Assembly: GCA_001179505.1 (NCBI GenBank)
Contig: CDMY01000270.1
Coordinates: 62,001 to 126,000 of the forward strand
DNA length: 64,000 nt
Direction of reading: 5' to 3'
Source: Vitrella brassicaformis CCMP3155
Lineage: Eukaryota > Protista > Chromerida
Shown: one piece after another, positions 25,614-37,419 of the stretch
Layout of the letters: each line of letters starts with the position of its first letter
How positions within the stretch are numbered: the first letter of the stretch is position 1
The notes under the pieces: model-generated
The model's database searches: none
The model's input: only the letters and a program-made list of their open reading frames with translations
What the model was told of the DNA's origin: nothing
Program-made: the position numbers and the translations under genes

Positions 25614-27785
25614 GTGGTTTGCTTACACACTTGAGTTTGCGTCTCTCCTTGGCCTCCTCGTCCGCCTGGATCTTCTTGATCTCACGCAGCAGCTTACTGC
25701 ATCAGACAACACAAGCAGAGAGACAGACCATGAAATCGCCTTCCGTTGGCCCCCTTCGTCCCCTCTATGTCTGCCTCTCCTTCTGCAGACACCCACCTGA
25801 GTTCTGTGTCGTTGGGTGCGATGTCTAGTGCCCTGATGACGTCCCTCTTGGCCTCACCGAAGTCCTTGCACTCCAGATGGGCCCGCGCCCGGCGGTAGAG
25901 GGCCTTGACCAGGTGGGGGTCCACGGCCAGCACCTCCGTGCACCGGCGGATCGTCATGGCGTAGTTCTTCAACTCCAAATAACACGCCGCCTGCACTCAT
26001 AAATCGACACAACAGACACACACACGGTGTGGCGTGTTGGGCGTTCGTGTGCCTGCCCTGCCCACGGGCATACCTCATTGAGTTTGCATTTGGTAGCCAG
26101 GCGGTCCCTCTCCTGGCGGGGCTGGGCGCCACAAAGGCGAGGAGCCGGGCGGCCTTCGTGTAGTGTCGCAGGGCGTCCTCACACTGCCGCGACTGGAAGG
26201 ACGTGTTGCCCTGGTGCTTGCATGTCTCAGCCCTGTTGCCATCACACCAACACACAATAGATAGGTGTGGGTGTTTGCTCTCTGGTCCTGGTCACGCACT
26301 CATCGAGTCGCTGTTTGGCCTCGTCTGTGCTGACGATGGCCGGCGCTGCCTCGCCCTCTCCGTCGCCATCCTCTGCGCACCACCACACACACGCCGATTC
26401 ATCCGACCGACAGACCGAGGTGGAGGCGGCAGCTTGCACACTCACCCTCAATGGATTCCTCCTGCTGGTTGACCACCATATCTGCGATGGTGCTGCCCAG
26501 CGGGCCGCCCACCAGAGGGGCGGTGGCGGGCCGGCGGTCCTTGAAGGCATCCGATGCATTACCCACTGGCGGCTCGTTGGTGAGGGCAGAAACGAACACT
26601 GCATCCAGCGACACAGCACACGTCGTCAAAGGACGGCTCCATCACCAAAGGATCTCTTATCCGCTCCCTTACCCGTGTTCGTGTTGGCGCTGGTGCTGAG
26701 AATGATCGATGCGACGAATGGGCCATCGAACGCCGTCGGCAACAGAATTCGATACTCTACAGGGGGATCCCTATCGTCACCCCTGCCCGCCACGACGGCG
26801 GTGCATCGGTCGGGGGGCTGGTGGGGCGAGTTGTTCATGAGGCCGTCCAGCACACCGCCGTGAGCATGCCTGAGGAGACCAACACATAACAGAGGGAAGA
26901 GGCCGTCATGGATAGTTGTGTGTCTGAGTGTCGTGTGTGTCCTGCTTACCGGTTCACGGCAACCCATGGTGTCCACCCCAAATTGGCCGCTGAAGGGACC
27001 ATGATGATCCTCATGATGAAGGCCGACGTCGAGGCCTGAGTGAGCACCTCACCGCCGGTCGTCCAGCTGTCCCCCTGCGGGTGGATTGTGGATCTGACGG
27101 GCGGGTTGTCGTTGATGGTGTGTGTGCGGTATGGGTGGGCGGGGGGGAGGGGGGGGTTGATGTCCAGCTCGAAGCCCGGCTCGTCCTTGATGGCACGGAC
27201 ACCGCCGCTCGGCTGGTCGAACAGCTCAAAACGGCCCAACTGGCCGCCGAAGTTGACGTGCCGGCCGACCATCTTCCACAGCGCAATCACACGCGCATCG
27301 GCCAAATACGCCTCCACACACACCACTGACAGACAGACAGACAGATGAGTGCCACCCGCCCCGCCCCGCGCTCATCTGCCCACCTGTTTGCTATCGTGAC
27401 GCTCCAGGTCGGCCACAGCCAGTGTGATGGGCAGCTGACAGAAGCCGTGCTGCCTCGCCACCTTCAGCGCATTGGCCACCTCGGTCCACTGCTGTGTGTC
27501 CACCAGCCAGATGGCCTTCAACACGAGCTTGGTCTCCAGCTGCAAATCGAATGCGATGGTGCCGTCGAGCTGTTTGGCCGCCAGGCAGCGCCCCGGCCGA
27601 TTACGGAGGACGGCAGCCGAGAAGTCTATCTGCGATAGGAAGGCGGCCGTGCATCTGAGTATGCCGATGACCTCGAGTGTGTGGATGGCATCCCGCCCCA
27701 GGCTGTGGATGAAATCGATGGCCTCGTTCCCTCTGGCCGGCGGGACGGCCTGCCGGCTGCTGGGTACCGTCAAGTCATTCCCCAT
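25614..27785 (-). pseudogene. MGN-family copy E fused to a TPR domain; 7-nt deletion frameshift at ~26114
   Basis: Starts MGNDLTVPSS with the full family exon series, then TPR. Copy D has gccATCGAGGaggagaggcaccgcc where E has gccaggagagggaccgcc. Confidence 0.7.
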
Positions 27786-27803
27786 GGGCAATCCCCGAGG
27801 CGC

Positions 27804-27825
27804 GTAAACTCGCATCTGAGTTTAC
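27804..27825. promoter_or_regulatory. Palindrome GTAAACTC-N6-GAGTTTAC in the 76-bp divergent spacer; arms GTAAA/TTTAC are kept at 29916-29937
   Basis: Direct reading of both paralogous spacers. Confidence 0.45.
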
Positions 27826-27861
27826 ACATAAGGATCGGATTCTTCTAGCTCTTTTCGGCTG

Positions 27862-28956
27862 ATGATGGGTTATTCTGACGTGGTTGAGGCGTGTCTAAGC
27901 AAGTGGGGCAGCTGCTGCATCAACACGTTCATCAGCCTCACCGTCCATCGCACCGCGCCGCCCTTGACGTCCCAAGACGACTCGTGCCTCAAGACCTCTT
28001 CCCTGGCCGGCCTCTGCTGCACAACAGACGCCCTCCTCTTCAGAGTCAAACCCATCGCCGCCACAGATCGGCTCAATTGCAAAAATGGCGACTGCACCGA
28101 CCCGCCCGAAAGACCGAAGCAGCCGCGGGCCTCTTTCCATCGCAAGATGAAGAGCAAACACCACAACAAGGCCGCGGCCAGGAGGACATCATTCATCACG
28201 GCTTCACACATGCTCGATGACAACAACCACAAGCAGGAGCAGCAGCAGCAGACGCCGGCGGCCAGCAACACGGCCGCATCCGCACTCACGCCCTCTCCAT
28301 CGCCCCACACGCCCCGTTCGCTCAAGTCGTCGCCTCAGCCGTTCGCCCCCTCCCTCCTCTCCTTCTGCTCGCCGCGCTCCCCGCCGTGCAGCACACCCAA
28401 CAACACACCTGCAGCCGGCATCTCCACCAAGAGGCTCCTGTCGGCGTCGGGCGGCGGGCGGTTCGGTGCGGGCGATGGTCAGGGGGATGGGAGCGACTCG
28501 GACGGAGGCAGTGATGACAGCATTGTGGCGCCAACGCCCATACCCAGTTCGGTGCCTCAGCTCGTGTCGAGCCGGCCGACGGTGGGCAGGGACAAGGGCG
28601 TCATCAGCCGCGGGCGGTTCGTGGTGGTGGAGGGCAGTGAGCATCGCATCTGTGGGCGGGGGGGCGGCAGCACGGGGGTGCGACAGGTGAGAATACCCAT
28701 GACATAGACACACACATTTTCTTCATATGTATGTGTGTCTTGTGTTGTTTATGTGTGTGTGTGGAAGGCGTTTGAGGATTGCGAGCGTGACTGTGAGGAG
28801 GAGGCCCTGTCCGTGTGGCAGACCCACCAGCACAAAGGCAACAACATCCAAGGCAACTCAGGTGCCCTCAGGACGATGGCAAGGCGATGAATGTGTTCGT
28901 GTCTCGTCTATAATCTCTGTCAGGTTCTGTCGTCCCGTCTTCCTTTGGGTTTGGCT
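27862..28956 (+). CDS. Orphan Ser/Pro-rich protein, copy G1 (cut by gap)
   Basis: 281-codon first exon MMGYSDVVEACLSKWGSCC..., donor cgacag|gtgaga, second exon AFEDCERDCEEEALSVWQTHQ. Three copies are present in the window. Confidence 0.5.
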
Positions 28957-29257
28957 NNNNNNNNNNNNNNNNNNNNNNNNNNNNNNNNNNNNNNNNNNNN
29001 NNNNNNNNNNNNNNNNNNNNNNNNNNNNNNNNNNNNNNNNNNNNNNNNNNNNNNNNNNNNNNNNNNNNNNNNNNNNNNNNNNNNNNNNNNNNNNNNNNNN
29101 NNNNNNNNNNNNNNNNNNNNNNNNNNNNNNNNNNNNNNNNNNNNNNNNNNNNNNNNNNNNNNNNNNNNNNNNNNNNNNNNNNNNNNNNNNNNNNNNNNNN
29201 NNNNNNNNNNNNNNNNNNNNNNNNNNNNNNNNNNNNNNNNNNNNNNNNNNNNNNNNG

Positions 29258-29892
29258 GGAGGGGCGGGTTGATGTCCAGCTCGAAGCCCGGCTCGTCCTT
29301 GATGGCACGCACACCGCCGCCCGGCTGGTCGAACAGCTCGAAACGACCCAACTGGCCGCCGAAGGTGACGTGTCTGCCGACCATCTTCCACAGCGCAATC
29401 ACACGCACATCCGCCAAATAAGCCTACACACGACAGACAGACAGACAGACCGATGAGTGCCCCCGCCCCGCCCCACGCCCATCTGCCCACCTGTTTGCTA
29501 TCGTGACGCTGCATGTCGGCCACAGCCAGTGTGATGGGCAGCTGACAGAAGCCGCGCTGCGCCGCCACCTTCAGCGCATTGGTCACCTCGGTCCACTGCT
29601 GTGTGTCCACCAGCCAGATGGCCTTCAACACGAGCTTGGTCTCCAGCTGCAAATCGAATGCGATGATGCCGTCGAGCTGTTTGGCCGCCAGGCAGCGCCC
29701 CAGCCGATTGCGGAGGACGGCGGCCGAGAAGTCTATCTGCGATAGGAAGGCGGCCGTGCATCTGAGTATGCCGACGTCCTTGAGGGTGTGGATGGCATCC
29801 CGCCCCAGGCTGTGGATGAAATCGATGGCCTTGTTCGCCCTGGCCGGCGGGACGGCCTGTCGGCTGCTGGGCACCGTCACGTCATTCCCCAT
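29258..29892 (-). CDS. MGN-family copy F (5' part; rest in gap)
   Basis: MGNDVTVPSSRQAVPPARANKAIDFIHSLGRDAIHTLKDVGILRCTAAFLSQIDFS...RHDSKQ| followed by the ADVRVIALWKMVGRH...FELDINPPL exon. Confidence 0.6.
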
Positions 29893-29972
29893 TGGCTATC
29901 CCATCAGCGAGGCGCGTAAATTCGCTGCCGCGTTTACAGAAGGGTCGTCGGGGAGTTTCAGGTTTTCTCGGC

Positions 29973-31066
29973 ATGGGTTATTCTGACGTGGTTGAGGCGT
30001 GTTTAAGCAAGTGGGGCAGCTGCTGTACCAACACGTTCATCAGCCTCACCATCCATCGCACCGCGCCGCCCTTGACGTCCCAAGATGACTCGTGCCTCAA
30101 GACCTCCCCCCTGGCCGGCCTCTGCTGCACAACAGACGCCCTCCTCTTCAGAGTCAAACCCATCGCCGCCGCAGATCGGCTCAATTGCAAGAATGCCGAC
30201 CGCACCGACCCGCCCGAGAAACCGAAGCAGCCGCGGGCCTCTTCCCATCGCAAGATGAAGAGCAAGCACCACAACAAGGCCGCGGCCAGGAGGACATCAC
30301 TCATCACGGCTTCACACATGCTCGATGACAACAACCACAAGCAGGAGCAGCAGCAGCAGACGCCGGCGGCCAGCAACACGGCCGCATCCGCACTCACGCC
30401 CTCTCCATCGCCCCACACGCCCCGTTCGCTCAAGTCGTCGCCTCAGCCGTTCGCCCCCTCCCTCCTCTCCTTCTGCTCGCCGCGCTCCCCGCCGTGCAGC
30501 ACACCCAACAACACACCTGCAGCCGGCATCTCCACCAAGAGGCTCCTGTCGGCGTCGGGCGGCGGGCGGTTCGGTGCGGGCGATGGTCAGGGGGATGGGA
30601 GCGAATCGGACGGAGGCAGTGATGACAGCATTGTGGCGCCAACGCCCATACCCAGCTCGGTGCCTCAGCTCGTGTCGAGCCGGCCGACGGTGGGCAGGGA
30701 CAAGGGCGTCATCAGCCGCGGGCGGTTCGTGGTGGTGGAGGGCAGTGAGCATCGCATCTGTGGGCGGGGGGGCGGCAGCACGGGGGTGCGACAGGTGAGA
30801 ATACCCATGACATAGACACACACACATTCTTCATATGTGTGTGTCTGTGCCTTGTGTTGTGGTGCGTGTGTGTGCGGAAGGCGTTTGAGGATTGCGAGCG
30901 TGACTGTGAGGAGGAGGCACTGTCCGTGTGGCAGACCCACCAGCACAAAGGCAACAACACCCAAGGCAGCTCAGGTGCCCTCAGGACGATGGCAAGGCGA
31001 TGAATGTGTTCGTGTCTCGTCTATAATCTCTGTCAGGTTCTGTCGTCCCGTCTTCGTTTGGGTATG
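29973..31066 (+). CDS. Orphan Ser/Pro-rich protein, copy G2 (diverged paralogue; cut by gap)
   Basis: MGYSDVVEACLSKWGSCCTNTF... with scattered substitutions relative to G1. Confidence 0.5.
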
Positions 31067-31366
31067 NNNNNNNNNNNNNNNNNNNNNNNNNNNNNNNNNN
31101 NNNNNNNNNNNNNNNNNNNNNNNNNNNNNNNNNNNNNNNNNNNNNNNNNNNNNNNNNNNNNNNNNNNNNNNNNNNNNNNNNNNNNNNNNNNNNNNNNNNN
31201 NNNNNNNNNNNNNNNNNNNNNNNNNNNNNNNNNNNNNNNNNNNNNNNNNNNNNNNNNNNNNNNNNNNNNNNNNNNNNNNNNNNNNNNNNNNNNNNNNNNN
31301 NNNNNNNNNNNNNNNNNNNNNNNNNNNNNNNNNNNNNNNNNNNNNNNNNNNNNNNNNNNNNNNNNN

Positions 31367-32893
31367 ACAGACGCCCTCCTCTTCAGAGTCAAACCCATCG
31401 CCGCCACAGATCGGCTCAATTGCAAAAATGGCGACTGCACCGACCCGCCCGAAAGACCGAAGCAGCCGCGGGCCTCTTTCCATCGCAAGATGAAGAGCAA
31501 ACACCACAACAAGGCCGCGGCCAGGAGGACATCATTCATCACGGCTTCACACATGCTCGATGACAACAACCACAAGCAGGAGCAGCAGCAGCAGACGCCG
31601 GCGGCCAGCAACACGGCCGCATCCGCACTCACGCCCTCTCCATCGCCCCACACGCCCCGTTCGCTCAAGTCGTCGCCTCAGCCGTTCGCCCCCTCCCTCC
31701 TCTCCTTCTGCTCGCCGCGCTCCCCGCCGTGCAGCACACCCAACAACACACCTGCAGCCGGCATCTCCACCAAGAGGCTCCTGTCGGCGTCGGGCGGCGG
31801 GCGGTTCGGTGCGGGCGATGGTCAGGGGGATGGGAGCGACTCGGACGGAGGCAGTGATGACAGCATTGTGGCGCCAACGCCCATACCCAGTTCGGTGCCT
31901 CAGCTCGTGTCGAGCCGGCCGACGGTGGGCAGGGACAAGGGCGTCATCAGCCGCGGGCGGTTCGTGGTGGTGGAGGGCAGTGAGCATCGCATCTGTGGGC
32001 GGGGGGGCGGCAGCACGGGGGTGCGACAGGTGAGAATACCCATGACATAGACACACACATTTTCTTCATATGTATGTGTGTCTTGTGTTGTTTATGTGTG
32101 TGTGTGGAAGGCGTTTGAGGATTGCGAGCGTGACTGTGAGGAGGAGGCCCTGTCCGTGTGGCAGACCCACCAGCACAAAGGCAACAACATCCAAGGCAAC
32201 TCAGGTGCCCTCAGGACGATGGCAAGGCGATGAATGTGTTCGTGTCTCGTCTATAATCTCTGTCAGGTTCTGTCGTCCCGTCTTCCTTTGGGTTTGGCTG
32301 TGTTGGGTTTGGCGAGAGCCCAATAATCACACCCACCAGTGGCCACAAACAGCACGGGTACAACAACATGCCGACATAAGAAGACAAGAAGGCAACACCA
32401 CACACACATTTCATTTGTGTCTCCTTTGTGCAGTGCCGCGTATAATCTGTTTGCTAACGGCCCCTCCAACCACACACACAGCGCAGGGTGGGCGCAGGAC
32501 ACAGCACACACACCTCCACACACACACCTGCCGGCGTCCCCTCTCAGGTACTTTCGTCGTTTCAAGACCAGCAAGGCCTCGCTAGAAGCCGCCCCACCAC
32601 ACACCCACTCGCAGCCCCACCCCCCTCTCCAGCCCCCCGCCAGGCCGCACCCCACCCACACCTGCCGCCGCACCACTCACCCAAGAAGAACCGACACACT
32701 CAGTACCGTCCAAGCAACGGCCAAGACAATAGCAACATCAGCAGCAACACACTGTGAGATGAGACACGCAGGGAGACGGGCAAAGGGAAGAGGGAGTGGG
32801 TGCAGCAGGGTGGACTGTCGTGGGTGTCGGTCCGTACCTGCGTGTCTGTGTCCATGTGTGCGTGAGGTCGAATGCATGAGTTTGTTGTCGTGA
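31367..32893 (+). CDS. Orphan Ser/Pro-rich protein, copy G3 (5' end in gap; includes the 3' exons)
   Basis: 31367-~32298 appears identical to G1 ~28024-28956. It continues into further exons (LRYFRRFKTSKASLE...). The 3' end is approximate. Confidence 0.45.
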
Positions 32894-33380
32894 GGGACGG
32901 GGCATTTTTGCCGTGTCGATACCCACTATCGGCACGCTCTCCCTCTCTGACAGAAGGTCTCCCCCATGTGTGCGTGATTGCATGTATGCCGGTTTGTGTC
33001 CAAGAGAGGGGTCTTGGTTGTGCGGGGGGGTTGGCGACACACTCACCACCCATCCATCCATCCAGCCAGCTAGCCAGCCCGCCAGCCAGTCGACTGAGCA
33101 GTGCAGTGCAGTGGGACTGTTGCGCGTGGACGTGTACCAAATGAAATCAATTCACACATACCCACCTACCGTCTCTTGTCCCAGTGTCGCTTCGCTCACG
33201 CAGGCCAACGACAAATAGGCACTCTCGTGGTCTCTCTCCCGCTCCCCCCCTCTCTCTCTCTCTCTGCATCAATGGCCACGGCCGGCAGGAAAGTACCAGT
33301 AGGCACATATCATGACGCGGCCGACGCGGTCAACGAGAGAGAAAAATCCACACGCACCCACACTTCTCCTTCCAGCCTGT

Positions 33381-36238
33381 TCACTTTTTGATGCCCCTGG
33401 TTTTCTTGAGCTTCCTGACGTCCTTCTTGAGGAACTCCACTATCGCAGCCTCTGACGTCTCCTTAACCGTCACGTCCCTGCCCAAACAACTCCGAAGGGC
33501 ACGCACCTGTGTAGACCAACCACACGTATACACACAGGCACACGCGATGAGGCGAAGAGTCACTGTGTGTGAGGGAGCGTGTGTGGGTTGTGTGGTGTGG
33601 GTGGTGTGGTGTGGTGTTCGTGTCCCCCCCTTCCCCCCACGTCACATACGCACCCGTGTGTATGGCCAGTCCTCGGCCACAATGTCGACTCCGCCCTCCT
33701 TGTTGGGCGGCGGCTGGGGGCGGGACCAATCGGAATCCGACACAGGCTGGCAGACGCGCGCGCAGAGAGAGAGAGAGAGAGACCCAGTCAGTGAACACAC
33801 ACTTGGAGGGTATGTATGGTACCTACCCACCTCTTCATAGTAGTCGTCATCGACCCTCGGCCGTCGTGGGTTGAACTGCAGCCTGACCCCTCCGGGCAGC
33901 GACCGGATGGCCACCGGTGTGGTCAGGTGCTTGTAGTACTGTCCCTCACGCAGCCACAGCCGCGCCCAGTCCTTGAGGAAGTTGACGACGTGCACCACGG
34001 GCATGCCCTGAATCGACTCGCGATACAGCTCGGGGCCGTCCAGCTTGATAAAGGCATCGTCCCACTCCTGTGGGAGTGAGTCAACACGACCAACAGACAG
34101 GCAAGCGGATGGATGGATGGCTGGATGAGGCACGCAATCGTCCCCCTCCCTCCCTGTCGTTCAATCATTTCCTGGCTAGTCTACCCATTCTTGTGGGAAG
34201 TCCTTGCCCGGTGCGCTCGCGAGACTCATCGTGGCATTGTAGGCCACTCGCTGCATTGAATGCATTGTAGGCATTCACCCATCACACCCACAGAATACAG
34301 TGAGCTCTTGGCTGACTGGCTGGCTGGCTGGGTGCACACACACCCACTTGTTTCGTACCTTACCTGGTGCACACACCTGACGAGGCACTGTGCGGCGGCC
34401 TCCTGTGTGGTCATGGCGTCCAGAGGGATGGAGGGGGAGTCACCCGCCTCGAACCGAATGCCCGCCATCTCACCCTATGGACCCGATCCACAAAGGGCAA
34501 TTAATGTTGGTCGTTTGCTGGGCTGGCGTGTGTCCGCCGCCGTGGCCTCCCGTTCTTTCATTGTACCGACCGCCAGGGGTTCCAGCTTGCCGACGCGGAC
34601 AAAGGAGTAGTCGAGTCCCCTCTTGTTGCTCTGCTGGATGATGCTCTCCTCCACCCGCCGCTTGTCGTCCAAATCTGAACAATCCAATCCAATCCATGTG
34701 TGTGGCTCACATCGTGTCGGCGCGTGGGTGGGTGTGGCTGTCCACTGAGTGAGTCAGTGCTCATACCGGTGAACATGCCGATGAGACCCCCTCGGTCACG
34801 CCTGTCGATGCCCAAAGGCGACAACAATATCACGTGCTCCAGGCTCGGACTGTTGGCCAGCCTGATAGACAGACAGAGACAACAAAACGGGGCGGGCGGG
34901 CGGGCGGGCCTCAACGTACGTCTTCATCTGTTGGTTGATGTGCACAGAGCAGACCTGTGATGCGTACGTACCATTTTTCGACGTTGATGGAGTCGACCCT
35001 GAAGGTGGAGTCGTCTCCCGAGCCGAAGAGGTCCAGCATGCCGCCGCCAGACTTGGACTTCTTGGACGGATCCACACATATGATCATCACCTGGACAGAC
35101 AGACAGACAGACACACAGACAGACAGACAGACAGACACAAGACCAACCACACACATACGCAATCGAGCAGCTGTCTGCCTGTCTGTCTGGACCGACCTGA
35201 GTGGACCTCAGCTTCGAGTACACGGTCTCGGCGCCTATATGATACAGGCAGCAAGCATCATACGCACAGCCAGAACCGTGCCCTCCTGCTTGTCCCTCCG
35301 TGACTGACCGTTCTGCTTGGCCGTGTTGGGTTCGCTGCCATCGATGACGTTGACGTTGAATCCCTGCTTCTCGAGGTCGCGCTGCACCAGGTCCTTGATG
35401 CGACTCAACCCACCACTCACCTGACCCACACACACCATAGCGTGACGCAGCCATCCATCCAAACATCCAGACATTGTCTGTCTGTCCGTCCATCAGGCAG
35501 CGGTGTTGCCTGCCCCACCGCACCAGTGTGACGTATTCGATTCGGTCTCGTCTCCGTTTTGTGAACTCCCTGTCGCCCGCCAGGCCGATGCTAATATCGC
35601 TGTCGCCGACGCTGATGCCCCCGCCCTGCTGGTAACGACCCATCGCCTGACACACATACATGATATCGACGAATGACACGCACGACAGAGAGAACCGCTT
35701 GCATTGGAGGGTATCGCATCCGTGGCATCTCACTCTCTGTCTTACCGTCTTGAAATCCTCCTCGAAATCATCAACCACCTTCCGCACTTTGCGGCTGCAA
35801 AGAGCAACGGCACATCCAGCCATCCAGCCATCCATCCATCCATCCATCCATCCACTGCTCACACATGCCTCTCTCTCTCCACCTCACCGACCTGGATTCA
35901 GGGACCTTTGTGGGGTCTTTCGGCTTGCCAGCCTCCAGGATCCCGAACGGGTCGTCGGGGTCCATCGATGCGCCAAGCCGCCACCCGCCCTCCTCCTCAC
36001 CCTCCTCATCATCTCTGCCCCTCTCCCTCTCCCTCCTGGACCACACCGCCACCTGACTCAAGCCCGCCCTCCTCATCGACCGTCTCAGTGACTGTGCCAG
36101 CGGATGGTGTAATGAAAGATGGCCGTGATGGACGAACAAAGGGGAGTGTGACGGCGTCGGCTCCTGCCTGGCGGAGAGCGCGCCCACACTGCTGCTGACA
36201 AACAGGAGGGCTGATGATACCAGGAAAGTCATGGTCAT
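33381..36238 (-). CDS. Putative plastid-targeted atypical NAD(P)-binding Rossmann/SDR-like protein (TIC62/PTAC16-like)
   Basis: N-terminus MTMTFLVSSALLFVSSSVGALSAR (signal peptide) followed by a Ser/Arg/His-rich transit-like stretch. EHVILLSPLGIDRR...RRVEESI...GLDYSFVRVGKL resembles atypical SDRs. C-terminal exons DGPELYRE...LTTPV...EGGVDIVAED...VKETSEAAIVEFL. Confidence 0.5.
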
Positions 36239-36478
36239 GCTGGCAGGCGTGAACGGAAGAATGTTGGGTGCGCTGGCCGCTAAGTAGTGCGAGGTGGAGC
36301 GGCTGCAGCACGGCAGGTCGCTGAGGAGGCGCTGCGATGAGTTGGCGCAGATCTCTGAGGCCGAAATGGGAGATGAACACAAAGTCAAAAATGGAAGCCG
36401 CGGATCTCGGCAATGGTTCCCGCTGCTCTTGCGTCCTTGCCGCTAGCGTATTGAGTGTGTCCAGAGCCCCAGATCTTT

Positions 36479-36499
36479 TGCGAGCTTGGATTGCGAGCT
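36479..36499. promoter_or_regulatory. Candidate promoter element: direct pair of TGCGAGCT between the Rossmann-fold gene and UBA52
   Basis: ttttgcgagcttggattgcgagctc lies in a divergent intergenic gap. Confidence 0.5.
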
Positions 36500-36735
36500 C
36501 GGAGTCAAGATCGCAGCCGCTCCTCTACCCAAACTTACCCTTAACCACCTCCACTCTTGTCGAAAGGTCTCACGCGTCTTTCTCAAGTAAGGGGAGCCAT
36601 CAGAAAGCCATCAGAGAGAAAAAGTGAGGCTCCGTGGGAGCGGAGAGTGTCTGTGCGTGGTTCTGGGTGTGTCTGGCTGTGGGCGGGGCGAGTGAGCGTT
36701 GGTGTGTGTCGTGGAAGTGACATAGAGAGCGCTAG

Positions 36736-37419
<684 letters not shown>

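Noticed and set aside
28024-32298. G1 and G3 apparently 100% identical, likewise 702-1544 versus 4867-5709, suggesting very recent duplication or gene conversion
   Set aside because: All such copies abut placeholder gaps, so redundant contig placement cannot be excluded. I did not claim exact copy number or recency.
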